Source: Desulfobacterales bacterium
GTDB lineage: Bacteria > Desulfobacterota > Desulfobacteria > Desulfobacterales > UBA2174
DNA: 64,000 nucleotides
Direction: 5' to 3'
NCBI GenBank assembly: GCA_963668645.2
Contig: CAXXWC010000018.1
Location: 64,001-128,000 of the forward strand
In this document: positions 1 to 10,018 of the stretch, piece after piece
Numbering within the stretch: position 1 is the stretch's first letter
Layout of the letters: every line of letters begins with the position of its first letter
The notes under the pieces: generated by a model
What the model was told of the DNA's origin: nothing
Seen by the model: the letters and a program-made list of their open reading frames with translations, nothing else
Databases searched by the model: none
Translations under genes and position numbers: made by a program

Positions 1-2
1 GC

Positions 3-968
3 GACGGCGGACTTTGGCCCCTGCTGCGGGCCTTGCCCTTTCGCGACTATCCGGATCCGCAGCTGGATCCTCCGGCCATCGTCGTGACCCTGGCCGACGA
101 CGAACCCTTCCAGCCCGATCCGGCCATATACCTCGCCGGCCGGCGGGATCTGTTCGCTTTTGGCATGCAGGTCCTGGCACGGCTGGCCCCGCAGATTTTT
201 GTAGTTGCGCCGGCCGGCGGCCAGAGTATGCAAAAAGAACTGGGGGCCTGGATTACCCACATGGTATCCGGCCCTTATCCGGCCCAGGATCCCGGGGTTT
301 TCATCTATCATACACGCCGTTCGCCCGCCGAGAATCGGGCCTGGTTCGTGCGCGGCCAGGACCTGCTGCTCATCGCTGGCCTGCTGCGCGAGGGACGCTA
401 TCCCACCGAACGGATCGTGGCCGTGGGCGGCCCGGCCGCCGGGCGCCGGCGCCATGTGGCCACCCGCCTCGGAGTCCCCCTGGGCCTTCTGGCAGATGCG
501 CCCGGTGATGCCTCGGTGCGCTATATCGTGGGGGGGGTGTTGCGCGGTTTCAGCAGCGAGGAGAACGGGTATCTGGGATGGCGGGAGACGTCGCTCAACC
601 TGTTGTCGGCAGGCGACAGCCGTGAGTTTCTGGCCTTCGTACGGCCCGGTGCGCGCAAGCCGAGCTTCTCGCGCACCTTTCTATCGGCCCTGCATCGAGA
701 TGGGCTGCCGATGGACTGCAACCTGCACGGCGAGCTGCGGCCCTGTGTGGCTTGCAACGCCTGCGTGCAGGTCTGCCCGGTGGAGATCCTGCCCCAGTTG
801 ACCTTCAAGAGCCTGTTGGCCGGAGACATCGAAGAGGCCCTGGCCCACGGGCTCCTCGATTGCGTCGAGTGCGGTCTGTGCAGTTATGTCTGCCCGGCCA
901 AGATTGAGATCTGTGATTTGCTGACCCGCGCCAAACGCCGATACTACCAGGAGCAAAGCGCCGCATGA
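3..968 (+). CDS. nqrA: Na+-translocating NADH:quinone reductase subunit A (5' partial) with a C-terminal 2x[4Fe-4S] domain
   Basis: Frame is open from the window edge (DGGLWPLLRALPF...). It has NqrA-like GPYPA, REFLAFVRPG and FSRTFLS segments, ends with CxxCxxCxxxCP twice, and overlaps nqrB (ATGA). Confidence 0.85.
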   Translation, partial: DGGLWPLLRALPFRDYPDPQLDPPAIVVTLADDEPFQPDPAIYLAGRRDLFAFGMQVLARLAPQIFVVAPAGGQSMQKELGAWITHMVSGPYPAQDPGVFIYHTRRSPAENRAWFVRGQDLLLIAGLLREGRYPTERIVAVGGPAAGRRRHVATRLGVPLGLLADAPGDASVRYIVGGVLRGFSSEENGYLGWRETSLNLLSAGDSREFLAFVRPGARKPSFSRTFLSALHRDGLPMDCNLHGELRPCVACNACVQVCPVEILPQLTFKSLLAGDIEEALAHGLLDCVECGLCSYVCPAKIEICDLLTRAKRRYYQEQSAA

Positions 969-2146
969 AACGTATAGTGCAGCGATTTTTCGACGGCCAG
1001 CGTCCCCATTTCACCAAGGGTGGGCGACTGGCGAGGCTGCATCCGTTTTTCGAGGCCATGGAGACGGTCTTTTTCGCGCCGGCCGACACCACCCGAATCG
1101 GCCCCCACGTGCGCGACAGTCTCGACGTCAAACGCTTCATGACCCTGGTGATCGTCTGCCTGCTGCCCCATTTCTTTTTCGGCATCTACAACGTCGGCTA
1201 CCAGAGCCTTGCGGCCACCGGCCGCCCCACCGAGTTCGTCGCCGCCTGCTGGATCGGCATCGAGGTGGTGCTGCCCATGGTGATCGTTACTTACGTGGTC
1301 GGTTTTTTCTGGGAGATCGTGTTCGCCGTCGTAAGGCGCCATACCATCAGCGAAGGGCTTTTTGTCACCTGTATGCTCTTTCCGCTGACCCTGCCGCCCA
1401 CCATCCCCCTGTGGCAGGTGGCCCTGGGGATCAGCTTCGGCATCGTGATCGGCAAGGAGGTCTTCGGCGGCACGGGGCGCAACTTTCTCAACCCGGCCTT
1501 GACTGGGCGGGCATTTCTCTTTTTCGCCTACCCGGTCCAGATGTCCGGGGCTGCGGTCTGGACCTATCTGGGCGGCCGGGCCGCGGTGGACGGGTTTTCC
1601 GGGGCCACGCCCCTGGCGATGGCAGCGGCCGCCGAGCCGCCGGCCGCGATCCAGGCGGTGCTCAGCCAGGCCCATTGCGATTTTTGGACGCTTTTTCTGG
1701 GACGCTATGCCGGCAGTATCGGCGCCACCTCGACTCTGCTTTGCCTTCTGGGGGCCCTGGCCCTAGTCATTATGGGCATCGCCAGCTACCGCACCATTCT
1801 CGGCGGGGTCCTGGGAATTTTGGCCACGGCCGCCTTGCTCAATCTGTTTGCCGGCCCTGCAGCGTCCCCCTGGCTGGGCCTCAACCCGGTTTGCCACCTG
1901 GTGATGGGCGGGGCGGCCTTCGGACTGGCTTACATGGCCACCGATCCGGTTTCGAGCCCGGACATGGAATCGGCGCGCTGGATTTACGGTTTTTTGATCG
2001 GGGTGCTGACGGTGCTGATCCGGGTTTTCAACCCGGCGTTTCCCGAAGGGATCATGCTGGCGATTTTGTTTATGAACGTTTTTGCACCGCTTTTGGATCA
2101 TTTCGTGATCAAGGCGCGGCTCAAGCGGCGCATGGTCCATACCTGA
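965..2146 (+). CDS. nqrB: Na+-NQR subunit B
   Basis: PHVRDSLDVKR, KEVFGGTGRNFLNPAL, FMN site DGFSGATPL, MATDPVS, PAFPEG; polytopic membrane protein. Confidence 0.95.
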   Translation: MKRIVQRFFDGQRPHFTKGGRLARLHPFFEAMETVFFAPADTTRIGPHVRDSLDVKRFMTLVIVCLLPHFFFGIYNVGYQSLAATGRPTEFVAACWIGIEVVLPMVIVTYVVGFFWEIVFAVVRRHTISEGLFVTCMLFPLTLPPTIPLWQVALGISFGIVIGKEVFGGTGRNFLNPALTGRAFLFFAYPVQMSGAAVWTYLGGRAAVDGFSGATPLAMAAAAEPPAAIQAVLSQAHCDFWTLFLGRYAGSIGATSTLLCLLGALALVIMGIASYRTILGGVLGILATAALLNLFAGPAASPWLGLNPVCHLVMGGAAFGLAYMATDPVSSPDMESARWIYGFLIGVLTVLIRVFNPAFPEGIMLAILFMNVFAPLLDHFVIKARLKRRMVHT

Positions 2147-2183
2147 TGCCCGGCCCCGGCCGGGCGGTACAGGAAAGGAAAAG

Positions 2184-2906
2184 ATGAGCGGACCGATGCG
2201 ATCACTTCTGTTCACGCTGGTGCTTTGCATCGTGTGCAGCCTGCTGCTCACGGGGGCCGCCACCGGGCTCAAGGACCGCCAGCAGCGCAACCTGCTCATC
2301 GACCGGCAAAAGAACCTGCTCCAGAGCGTGGGGCTGGTAACGGCCCATCAGCACCCGGGGGCCGATGCCATCGAGCGGCTCTATCATGCCAATATCCGCC
2401 AGGTATGGATCGATGCGGCCGGGCGCATCGTCCCGCAAGGCGAGCACCGGGCGACCGACCTGCCTCTTTACCTATACGTGAAGGACGACTGTGTCGCCGC
2501 CTATATCGTGCCCATCGACAGCCAGGGACTCTGGGGCCGGATCAACGGCTACCTGGCCCTGGAAAGCGACGGTTCGACGGTGGCCGGTTTCACCGTCTAC
2601 CGCCACCAGGAGACGCCCGGACTGGGCGGCGAGATCGAGCAGCGCTGGTTTCAGAAAAATTTCGTGGGCAAGCGCATCACCAACCGCAGCGGCGATTTCG
2701 TGTCGGTTCAGATCGCCCGCGGCAAGGTGAACGAGGTGATCGCCCCGGATCGCCAGGCCAACTATGTCGACGGGATCAGCGGTGCCACCATGACCGGAAA
2801 GTATCTTTCCAGCGGGCTCAAATCGACCCTGACGCGCTACGAGCCGGTGGCTGTCAAGTTCCGCCGCAATCCGACCTGCCCGTCGCCTGCCGCTGTCGGC
2901 GGCTGA
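2184..2906 (+). CDS. nqrC: Na+-NQR subunit C
   Basis: N-terminal TM helix, [18 protein letters not shown] site DGISGATMT. Confidence 0.95.
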   Translation: MSGPMRSLLFTLVLCIVCSLLLTGAATGLKDRQQRNLLIDRQKNLLQSVGLVTAHQHPGADAIERLYHANIRQVWIDAAGRIVPQGEHRATDLPLYLYVKDDCVAAYIVPIDSQGLWGRINGYLALESDGSTVAGFTVYRHQETPGLGGEIEQRWFQKNFVGKRITNRSGDFVSVQIARGKVNEVIAPDRQANYVDGISGATMTGKYLSSGLKSTLTRYEPVAVKFRRNPTCPSPAAVGG

Positions 2907-2920
2907 AGCAAGGACGCACC

Positions 2921-3550
2921 ATGGCAAGCAAGCTTTCCCCAGCGATACAGGCCTTCGGCCAGGGCCTTTGGTCCAACAACCCCATCGCCGTTCAGGTGCT
3001 CGGCATCTGCTCGGCCCTGGCGGTGACGGTTCAGCTGCGCACAGCCGTGGTGATGGCCCTGGCGCTGAGCACGGTGGTGGCCGGCTCCAACCTGGTCATC
3101 TCCGCCATGCGCAACCTGATTCCGCGCAACATCCGCATCATCGCGGAACTGTGCATCATCTCCACCCTGGTGATCATCGCCGATCAGTTGCTGCGGGCCT
3201 TTCTCTTCGATGTGAGCAAGCAGCTGTCGGTTTTCGTGGGCCTGATCATCACCAATTGCATTGTGATGGGCCGGGCCGAAGCGTTTGCCATGGGAAACCC
3301 GCCCTGGCCTTCGTTCATGGACGGGCTAGGCAACGGGCTGGGCTACGGTGCCATCCTGGTCATCGTGGCCTTTTTCCGGGAACTGCTGGGCGCGGGCAAG
3401 ATCCTCGGTTTTCAGGTGGTGCCGCCGTCGTTTTACGCGGCCGGATACCAGAACATGGGTTTCATGCTGCTGGCACCGGCGGCCTTTATCCTCATCGGGC
3501 TGCTCGTCTGGGTGCAGCGGACGGTGGTGGACCGCCGAAAAGGGCGCTAG
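2921..3550 (+). CDS. nqrD: Na+-NQR subunit D
   Basis: [46 protein letters not shown] at 2921 follows an AAGGA SD. Confidence 0.95.
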   Translation: MASKLSPAIQAFGQGLWSNNPIAVQVLGICSALAVTVQLRTAVVMALALSTVVAGSNLVISAMRNLIPRNIRIIAELCIISTLVIIADQLLRAFLFDVSKQLSVFVGLIITNCIVMGRAEAFAMGNPPWPSFMDGLGNGLGYGAILVIVAFFRELLGAGKILGFQVVPPSFYAAGYQNMGFMLLAPAAFILIGLLVWVQRTVVDRRKGR

Positions 3551-3562
3551 GGAAGGATCCGC

Positions 3563-4171
3563 ATGCAGGATCTGGTGAGCATTTTCGTCAACTCGGTGTT
3601 CGTGGGCAATATCCTGCTGGCCTACTTTCTGGGGATGTGCTCGTTTCTGGCGGTGTCCAAGAACATGGAGACCTCCATCGGGCTGGGCATTGCGGTGACC
3701 TTCGTGCTCACGATCACCACGCCGGTCAACTGGCTGGTCTATCATTACCTGCTGGGGCCCGGGGCCCTGGCCTGGGCCGGCCTGCCTGATATCGACCTGA
3801 GCTTTTTGAAGTTCATCACCTTCATCGCCGTTATCGCGGCTCTAGTGCAGGCGGTGGAGATGATTATCGATCGTGTTTCACCGACCCTCTACAATGCCCT
3901 GGGCGTTTTTTTGCCCTTGATCGCGGTCAACTGCGCCATTCTGGGCGCATCGCTGTTCATGGTCGAGCGCAACTACTCCCTGGTCGAATCGATCGTTTTC
4001 GGCGTCGGCTCAGGCGCCGGCTGGGCTTTGGCCATCGTAGCCATGGCGGCCATCCGGAGCAAACTGCGCTATGCCGACGTACCCAAGGGCCTTGAAGGAT
4101 TCGGCATCACCATGATTTCCACCGGCTTGATGGCCATGGCCTTCATGCTCTTTTCGGGTATCACCCTGTGA
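3563..4171 (+). CDS. nqrE: Na+-NQR subunit E
   Basis: [32 protein letters not shown]. Confidence 0.95.
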   Translation: MQDLVSIFVNSVFVGNILLAYFLGMCSFLAVSKNMETSIGLGIAVTFVLTITTPVNWLVYHYLLGPGALAWAGLPDIDLSFLKFITFIAVIAALVQAVEMIIDRVSPTLYNALGVFLPLIAVNCAILGASLFMVERNYSLVESIVFGVGSGAGWALAIVAMAAIRSKLRYADVPKGLEGFGITMISTGLMAMAFMLFSGITL

Positions 4172-4199
4172 GCCGTCAAATCAATTTGCGAGGCGCGTT

Positions 4200-5420
4200 T
4201 TGATTTACGTGGTGAGCATCGTCGTTTTTTCCGGGATCCTTTTTGCCCTGGTGGCCGGGCTGCTACTGGTCGAGGCCAAAGTGGTGGTCAAGGGCCAGGC
4301 GGCCGTCGAGATCAACGGGGATGCCGAAAATTCGCTGCACGTGCCGGTGGGCAACACGCTTCTGGCAGCCCTGGTCAACAACCAGGTTCTGCTTCCCTCG
4401 GCTTGCGGCGGCAAGGGGACCTGCGGCACCTGCAAGTGCACGGTGGTCGAGGGGGGCGGGGATATTCTGCCCACCGAACTGGCCCACATCGGGCGCAGCG
4501 AGCGGCTCAAGGGCGTGCGCCTGGCCTGCCAGCTTAAACTGCGCGACGATCTGAAGATCCGGATTCCCGAAGAGATTTTCAGCATCAAGCGCTACGATGC
4601 CACGGTGGTGTCCAACGAAAACGTGGCGACCTTTATCAAGGAGCTGGTGCTGCAGCTCGACGAAGGCCAGCGGCTCGTATTCGAGGCGGGCGCCTATATC
4701 CAGATCGATATTCCCGAGTATGAGGTGAGCTTTCGCGATTTCAACGTGGCCCAGCGGTATCGCGACGTGTGGGAGCGCTTCAACCTCTGGGGCCTCAAGG
4801 CCGCCAGCGAAGATCCGGTCTACCGGGCCTACTCCCTGGCCAACCCGCCCCACGAGGGCAGCGTTTTGAAGTTCACCATCCGCATCGCCACCCCGCCGCC
4901 CAACGCGCCCCAGGCTCCGCCGGGGGTGGGCAGCTCCTATGTTTTCAGCCTCAAGCCCGGCGACCGGGTCACCCTAAGCGGTCCCTACGGCGACTTTTTC
5001 GCCAAACCCACCGACCGTGAAATGTGCTTCGTGGGCGGCGGGGCCGGCATGGCCCCCATGCGCAGCCATATCCTCAACCAGCTCGAAGCGGTGCATACGC
5101 AGCGCAAAATCAGTTTCTGGTATGGGGCGCGATCGGTATCGGAAATGTTTTACGACGAGGAGTTCAAGCGCCTGGCCGCTGCCTATCCCCATTTTTCTTA
5201 CAACGTAGCGCTTTCCGAGCCCCAGCCCGGGGACGGCTGGGACGGACCGATAGGCTTTATCCACCAAGTGCTCTACGAGAACTATCTCAAAGACCACGAG
5301 GATCCCACCGAAATCGAGTACTACCTGTGCGGCCCGCCGCCGATGATCGACGCGGTCACCCGTATGCTCGACTCTCTGGGCGTCGAGGCGGAAATGATCG
5401 CCTACGACAAGTTCGGTTGA
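4200..5420 (+). CDS. nqrF: Na+-NQR subunit F (2Fe-2S/FAD NADH dehydrogenase)
   Basis: SACGGKGTCGTC...RLACQ, RAYSLAN, GGGAGMAPMRSHI, EYYLCGPP, terminal DKFG; TTG start. Confidence 0.96.
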   Translation: MIYVVSIVVFSGILFALVAGLLLVEAKVVVKGQAAVEINGDAENSLHVPVGNTLLAALVNNQVLLPSACGGKGTCGTCKCTVVEGGGDILPTELAHIGRSERLKGVRLACQLKLRDDLKIRIPEEIFSIKRYDATVVSNENVATFIKELVLQLDEGQRLVFEAGAYIQIDIPEYEVSFRDFNVAQRYRDVWERFNLWGLKAASEDPVYRAYSLANPPHEGSVLKFTIRIATPPPNAPQAPPGVGSSYVFSLKPGDRVTLSGPYGDFFAKPTDREMCFVGGGAGMAPMRSHILNQLEAVHTQRKISFWYGARSVSEMFYDEEFKRLAAAYPHFSYNVALSEPQPGDGWDGPIGFIHQVLYENYLKDHEDPTEIEYYLCGPPPMIDAVTRMLDSLGVEAEMIAYDKFG

Positions 5421-5753
5421 TCCGGCCGCGAAGAAGATCGGCAGGCCCGCCCGGCTTTGTCGGATGGACCCACATCGCAACCCGGCTCCCATAAGCACCC
5501 GGAGTATCTTGGATTGACCGCGATTCTGGTAGGTTGCTCGGCTTGCAGGGCCGATTTCGACCCTTAAGATGGCACGGGCTGCCTTGACAGACTTGTAAAA
5601 CGACTTGACAAGCTGTGCATCTAACTGTAATCACATGCGAATTGCTGTAGATCGGCGGTTGCGGGGGCAGCCGCCGCCCCTCCATGTGCGCCCCGGTCGA
5701 CGACCGGCGGCATTCGAAACCGCAATGAGGAATGAGGAAGGAGACATTAGATC

Positions 5754-7490
5754 ATGACCGAGACCGTATGGCCTACTCCCTATTGGCCCGCAGGCGTCGC
5801 GCGGGATGTCAGCGGGTATGACAAACCGCTTTTCAACGTCCTTGACGAGGCGGCCCGCGCCTATCCGGACAAGACCTACACCTTGTTCAACGGCGCCGGC
5901 CGCACCTTCGCCCAGGTCAAGGACACCGCCGACCGCATCGCCAACTTCCTGGTCAGCCGGGGGATCCGCAAAGGAGACCGGGTGGCGATTTTCCTGCCCA
6001 ATCTGCCCCATTACGCACCGTTGTATTTCGGCATTCTCAAGGCCGGTGCGGTCACGGTTACCTGCAATCCGCTTTATACGCCCAGCGAGTTGAACTACCA
6101 GCTCAACGACAGTGGGGCCCGGGCTGTGTTTTGCATGGATCATCCCGTTTTCTACCCCACGGCCTGCGAGGCGGTTAAAAACACCCTGGTGGAAACCGTG
6201 GTGATCTGCAACGTTAAATCTTACCTGCCGCCCCTCAAAGGCTTTATCGGCGGACTGCTGGGAAAGATCCCCAAAGCCGCCAGCCACGATCCCAATCATC
6301 TGATGTTCGATGCCGTGGTATCGGCAGCCAGGCCCGAACCGCCCAAGGTGTCCATCGATCCACTCAACGATCTGGCCCTGATCATTTACACCGGCGGTAC
6401 CACCGGCCTGCCCAAGGGCGCCGCTTTAACCCACAGCAACTTTTACTACGACCTGATCGCCATCAACGAATGGATGCGCCTGGTCCAGGAACCGGGGGGC
6501 AAACCTGAAAAGATTCGCCAGGGCGGTTTCCATACCTTTCTCGGGGTCCTGCCCTGGTACCACAGCTTCGGTATGACCACCGCGCTGCTGCTGTCCTGCT
6601 ACACGGGCAGTCGCATCGTCTGTGTGCCGGATCCGCGGGCCGGCAACCCACCGTTTACAGGGGTTCTCGAATCGGTTCAGAAAGACCGGCCCACCGTGAT
6701 GCCGGCCGTACCGACCATCTTCGTCGCCTTTACCAACCACCCCAATATCAAGCAGTACGACCTGACCTCCATCATGGGATGTTTTTCCGGCGGGGCGCCG
6801 CTGCCGCCCGAGGTCTGCCGTCAGTTCGAGGAGGCCACCGGATCGGTGATCTTCGAGGGCTACGGTCTGAGTGAAACTTCCCCGGTGGTCAGCGTCAATC
6901 CGGTCAGCCGGGAGACCCGGCGTATCGGCTCCATCGGATTTCCCCTTCCCGGAACGGACATCAAGATCGTGGACCTGGAAACCGGGAGCGAGGAACTGCC
7001 CCAGGGCGAAGACGGCGAGATCGCCATCAGCGGCCCCGAGGTGATGCAGGGCTATTGGAACAAACCGGAGGAAAACGAGGCCGTGTTCCGTCAGCTCGGG
7101 GACCGGCGCTACTTTCTGACCGGCGATATCGGACATATCGACCCGGACGGCTATATCCTGGTCACCGACCGCAAGAAGGACATGATCCTGGTGGGCGGGT
7201 TCAACGTCTATCCGCGGGACATCGAGGACATCCTTTATAAACATCCCAAGGTAGCCATCGCGGCGGTGGTGGGGGTTCCCGATTCTCGCAGCGGCGAGGC
7301 GGTCAAGGCCTTTATCCAGCTCAAGCCTGACCAGACGGCCACCGAGGAAGAGATGCGCGAATTTTGCAAGCAGAACATGGCCGGCTACAAGCGGCCAAAA
7401 TTTATCGAGTTTCGCGATACGGTGCCCACCTCCAACGTCGGCAAGGTGCTGCGCCGGGTGCTGCGCGACGAAGAGCTCAAAAAGAAATAA
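5754..7490 (+). CDS. Long-chain fatty-acid--CoA ligase (FadD-like)
   Basis: YTGGTTGLPKG, EGYGLSETSP, TGDIG, DRKKDMI, SNVGKVLRR; AAGGAG SD. Confidence 0.92.
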   Translation: MTETVWPTPYWPAGVARDVSGYDKPLFNVLDEAARAYPDKTYTLFNGAGRTFAQVKDTADRIANFLVSRGIRKGDRVAIFLPNLPHYAPLYFGILKAGAVTVTCNPLYTPSELNYQLNDSGARAVFCMDHPVFYPTACEAVKNTLVETVVICNVKSYLPPLKGFIGGLLGKIPKAASHDPNHLMFDAVVSAARPEPPKVSIDPLNDLALIIYTGGTTGLPKGAALTHSNFYYDLIAINEWMRLVQEPGGKPEKIRQGGFHTFLGVLPWYHSFGMTTALLLSCYTGSRIVCVPDPRAGNPPFTGVLESVQKDRPTVMPAVPTIFVAFTNHPNIKQYDLTSIMGCFSGGAPLPPEVCRQFEEATGSVIFEGYGLSETSPVVSVNPVSRETRRIGSIGFPLPGTDIKIVDLETGSEELPQGEDGEIAISGPEVMQGYWNKPEENEAVFRQLGDRRYFLTGDIGHIDPDGYILVTDRKKDMILVGGFNVYPRDIEDILYKHPKVAIAAVVGVPDSRSGEAVKAFIQLKPDQTATEEEMREFCKQNMAGYKRPKFIEFRDTVPTSNVGKVLRRVLRDEELKKK

Positions 7491-7494
7491 GACT

Positions 7495-7528
7495 TGTCGG
7501 ACCCGGCGGCCGCCCGCCGGGTCTGGCA
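7495..7528 (+). terminator. Stem-loop after the acyl-CoA ligase, probable terminator
   Basis: 15-bp stem tgtcggacccggcgg/ccgccgggtctggca with a 4-nt loop, directly after the stop codon; weak U tail. Confidence 0.55.
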
Positions 7529-7584
7529 TATTATCGGCCTGACCACGCCCTTGAACCAATCGCCCCAAGCCCCTGGGCAAGCTC

Positions 7585-9255
7585 GTTTCCGTCCATAAAT
7601 CGCCAAAATCAGCCGCCCGAGGACCCTGCAAAGAGGCGGCAGGCGAATAATCTCGAAAGAATTTAGCAAAAAACAAGCCCTTAACAGTAAATGTTGCCAT
7701 TCACCCTAAAATCCGGGAACACCTCACCTGTTGGCTTTACGTATCGAACGGGTGCCGTACCGTCAGGCCAACTGTTTGCGGGCAATCGTAAGCAGGTTGG
7801 CCGAAACGATCGACGCCCAAACATAACTCTGGAACGATCGCCATCCTTTCCAAGTGCACCGATCCAGCCCCAGGCTGCGCTTGAGCCAGGATATGCCCGC
7901 CTCGATGCCGGCCCGGAAGCGACGAAGGCGCCTGTACACATACGGGCTGCGGCACATCTTCTCCGGGTCCAGGCCGCGCTTTTTGGCAAAACAGACGTCT
8001 TTGATTCCCTTGTCCTTGGCGGCCTTCAAATTCGCCTTGGAAGCAAACCCTCCGTCCAGTGCAACTTTGAGCGGGCAGCGCCCGTAAATCTTTTCTTGCC
8101 GATCGAGCATCGTCTGGGTCAAGGTCACATCGGCCGGGTTGCCTTCCACGATCTGACAATCGAGAATCAGGTTCGAACGGCCTCCGGTCAGACATATCTT
8201 GTGACCGAAAAATGTGTCGCGCCGGTCTTTGACGATGATGTCGGTATGCTCCTCGAAAATCGACACGAGCTTTTCCGAGGCCGGAACCTTCTCTCCTTTG
8301 ATGACGCGGCGCTGGGTCTGCGCGATGACCTTTTCGGTCAGTGCAACGTAGCGTTCCAATTCAAAAAACAGGCCCAGCGCGGTCAGGTTGTCAGCACCGA
8401 CCGTCTTGAGCCGTTCGATAGCGCGCCGGGCCGAAGCCAACGACTTTGCCGTGTACTTGAGAAGATCGACATAGGCCCCACGACGTTCATTTTTGCTGCG
8501 GGCGTACTGAATTTTGACCATGCGCCGTTTGGCCACCCGGCGGTGATCGTGGTATCCAAATCGGCCCAGGCCAAGATCCCGGACCCTTTGCTGCAACCGG
8601 CTCAGCACCCGGACACAATCATACAGCAGGCTCGAATCACTGGGCGCGTGGATATTGCTTTCGACAACCGTACAATCGATACGTGCCACACGGCCTTTTT
8701 CGATCTTGTTTTGTTTGGCATAACCGAGCACTTCAAGGTTGATCGCCTCCCAGGTCTGATCCGACAGGGCCTTGATGTTTTTGTTGAGCACCGACTTTTT
8801 GAACCCCTTGTCGGCAATGCCGATACGGCAAAAACGCCGGATACTCTGGCTGTCGACCAGATGAAAAGCCAGGTCCTGGTAGGTCAACTCGTGGAGCCTC
8901 ATCACCACGGCCGCTCGCAGCACCTGCTCGGCGCTCATGCCTTTTGCCCCGGCACGGCTGACAACACGGCGCCGCTTGCAAAGATCTTGCAGCACGAACT
9001 CGGTGATGATAGGTTTGCTGTCCAGGATGCCGGAGATGGCTTCGAGCTCTTGGGCTTGGATGTGGCTGGCGATCTCGGGCATCAGGGGCATTTGGCGTTG
9101 CCATTTTTCGCGCATTTTGTGTTGGTCCTTTTCTCGGCTTTGTTAGTATTTACGGTTGTTTGGCGACATCGTTTATACTACACTCAGCCTCGAAACTCCA
9201 GCACAAAATGCGCTTTTTTTATGCCGGCCGGATAGTTACGGCCGCGGATGGACAC
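7585..9255 (-). mobile_element. Insertion sequence, 1671 bp, ISNCY (ISDol1-like) type
   Basis: Imperfect terminal IRs GTTTCCGTCC...GGATGGACAC, flanked by the exact 6-bp repeat AAGCTC (7579-7584 and 9256-9261); one transposase ORF inside. The family assignment is from recall. Confidence 0.85.
7763..9115 (-). CDS. DDE transposase
   Basis: RIDCTVVESNI, ALDGGFAS and RAGIEAGISWLKR supply the D, D, E triad; intact 450-aa frame. Confidence 0.93.
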   Translation of the reverse strand: MREKWQRQMPLMPEIASHIQAQELEAISGILDSKPIITEFVLQDLCKRRRVVSRAGAKGMSAEQVLRAAVVMRLHELTYQDLAFHLVDSQSIRRFCRIGIADKGFKKSVLNKNIKALSDQTWEAINLEVLGYAKQNKIEKGRVARIDCTVVESNIHAPSDSSLLYDCVRVLSRLQQRVRDLGLGRFGYHDHRRVAKRRMVKIQYARSKNERRGAYVDLLKYTAKSLASARRAIERLKTVGADNLTALGLFFELERYVALTEKVIAQTQRRVIKGEKVPASEKLVSIFEEHTDIIVKDRRDTFFGHKICLTGGRSNLILDCQIVEGNPADVTLTQTMLDRQEKIYGRCPLKVALDGGFASKANLKAAKDKGIKDVCFAKKRGLDPEKMCRSPYVYRRLRRFRAGIEAGISWLKRSLGLDRCTWKGWRSFQSYVWASIVSANLLTIARKQLA

Positions 9256-9291
9256 AAGCTCGCAGATAAACACGTATCGGACTGTTAACCC

Positions 9292-9433
9292 GTGTCGATC
9301 CATAAACGGCACCTTTCGGCCCCCGGCGGCGTTCTCACCCGTTTCCAATCCTCGCAATAGCGGGCTATTGCTCCGGTTGGAAACTCGCTCGGGCCTTGCC
9401 AGGAACCAAAAATCACCATTTATGGACGGACAC
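9292..9433. mobile_element. MITE, 142 bp, with ends related to the adjacent IS
   Basis: TIRs GTGTCGATCCATAAACGG and CCATTTATGGACGGACAC (15/18 match); exact 6-bp flanking repeat TAACCC (9286-9291 and 9434-9439); internal palindromes. Confidence 0.85.
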
Positions 9434-9786
9434 TAACCCGGTGTGCAGTGGGCGCAGCACCGGCCGGCGGCGGTCCTCAGGTCGTTGGGCAGACCTTCGC
9501 GCCATGGCCAATAGGCGTGGCAGGCCGGACAGCGTACGTGAACGAGGTCATGGTCCACACTGCGCTCGACAAACAGCAGATCGAAGCCGAAGCGGTTGCT
9601 GGCCACCTCCAGGCAGAGGCGTTGGGCCATGAGGATGGAACGCATGCGCCAGGGATGAAAATGGACTTTGAACAGGCTGCGCCCGTAACCGCGGACGCCC
9701 CGGCGCAAGCTCAGGATATTGGCTTTGACCGTGCGTACGTTGCCCATGCCGAGGTCATTGAGGGACTGGATCTGCAGCAGCGTCAT
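9433..9786 (-). CDS. Hypothetical protein with C-terminal CxxC...CxxC (possible zinc ribbon)
   Basis: Third-position GC bias favours this frame; contains CPAC and CAHC; start uncertain (9786 or 9876). Confidence 0.55.
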   Translation of the reverse strand: MTLLQIQSLNDLGMGNVRTVKANILSLRRGVRGYGRSLFKVHFHPWRMRSILMAQRLCLEVASNRFGFDLLFVERSVDHDLVHVRCPACHAYWPWREGLPNDLRTAAGRCCAHCTPG

Positions 9787-10018
9787 TCCGCGTGCCGGGC
9801 GATTGCCGCCCTGCGATGAGGCCGTTTTAACGGTAGGGTTAAAGTGTTGCAGCGCCAAAAGTGACAATGGACCCACGATGGAAGAATCCTTTCCTTGAAA
9901 AGCAGGCTGGGTTCAATAAGAATAGGCCTTTATATAAACTGAAGATTGTTTAGGATATAAGGCTCCTGTCAACGCCTGTCAAGAAGAAAACTGCACCCAG
10001 GCAATCCGAACAAGGCCG

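Noticed and set aside
2225..2920. Long N-terminal extension of nqrD in the ORF track
   Set aside because: Out-of-frame overlap with nqrC; the SD and homology start at 2921.
5570..5590. Possible sigma-54 promoter (TGGCACG) upstream of the acyl-CoA ligase
   Set aside because: No GC at the -12 spacing; nearby TTGACA hexamers fit sigma-70 better.
7691..9235. 514-aa plus-strand ORF across the IS
   Set aside because: Antisense shadow of the transposase; no recognisable motifs.
7583..9435. Alternative IS boundary using the better 16/18 IR match at 9418-9435
   Set aside because: No target duplication at these ends; two separate elements each have an exact 6-bp duplication.
9448..9819. 123-aa plus-strand ORF
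   Set aside because: Codon pattern fits the antisense of the minus-strand ORF.
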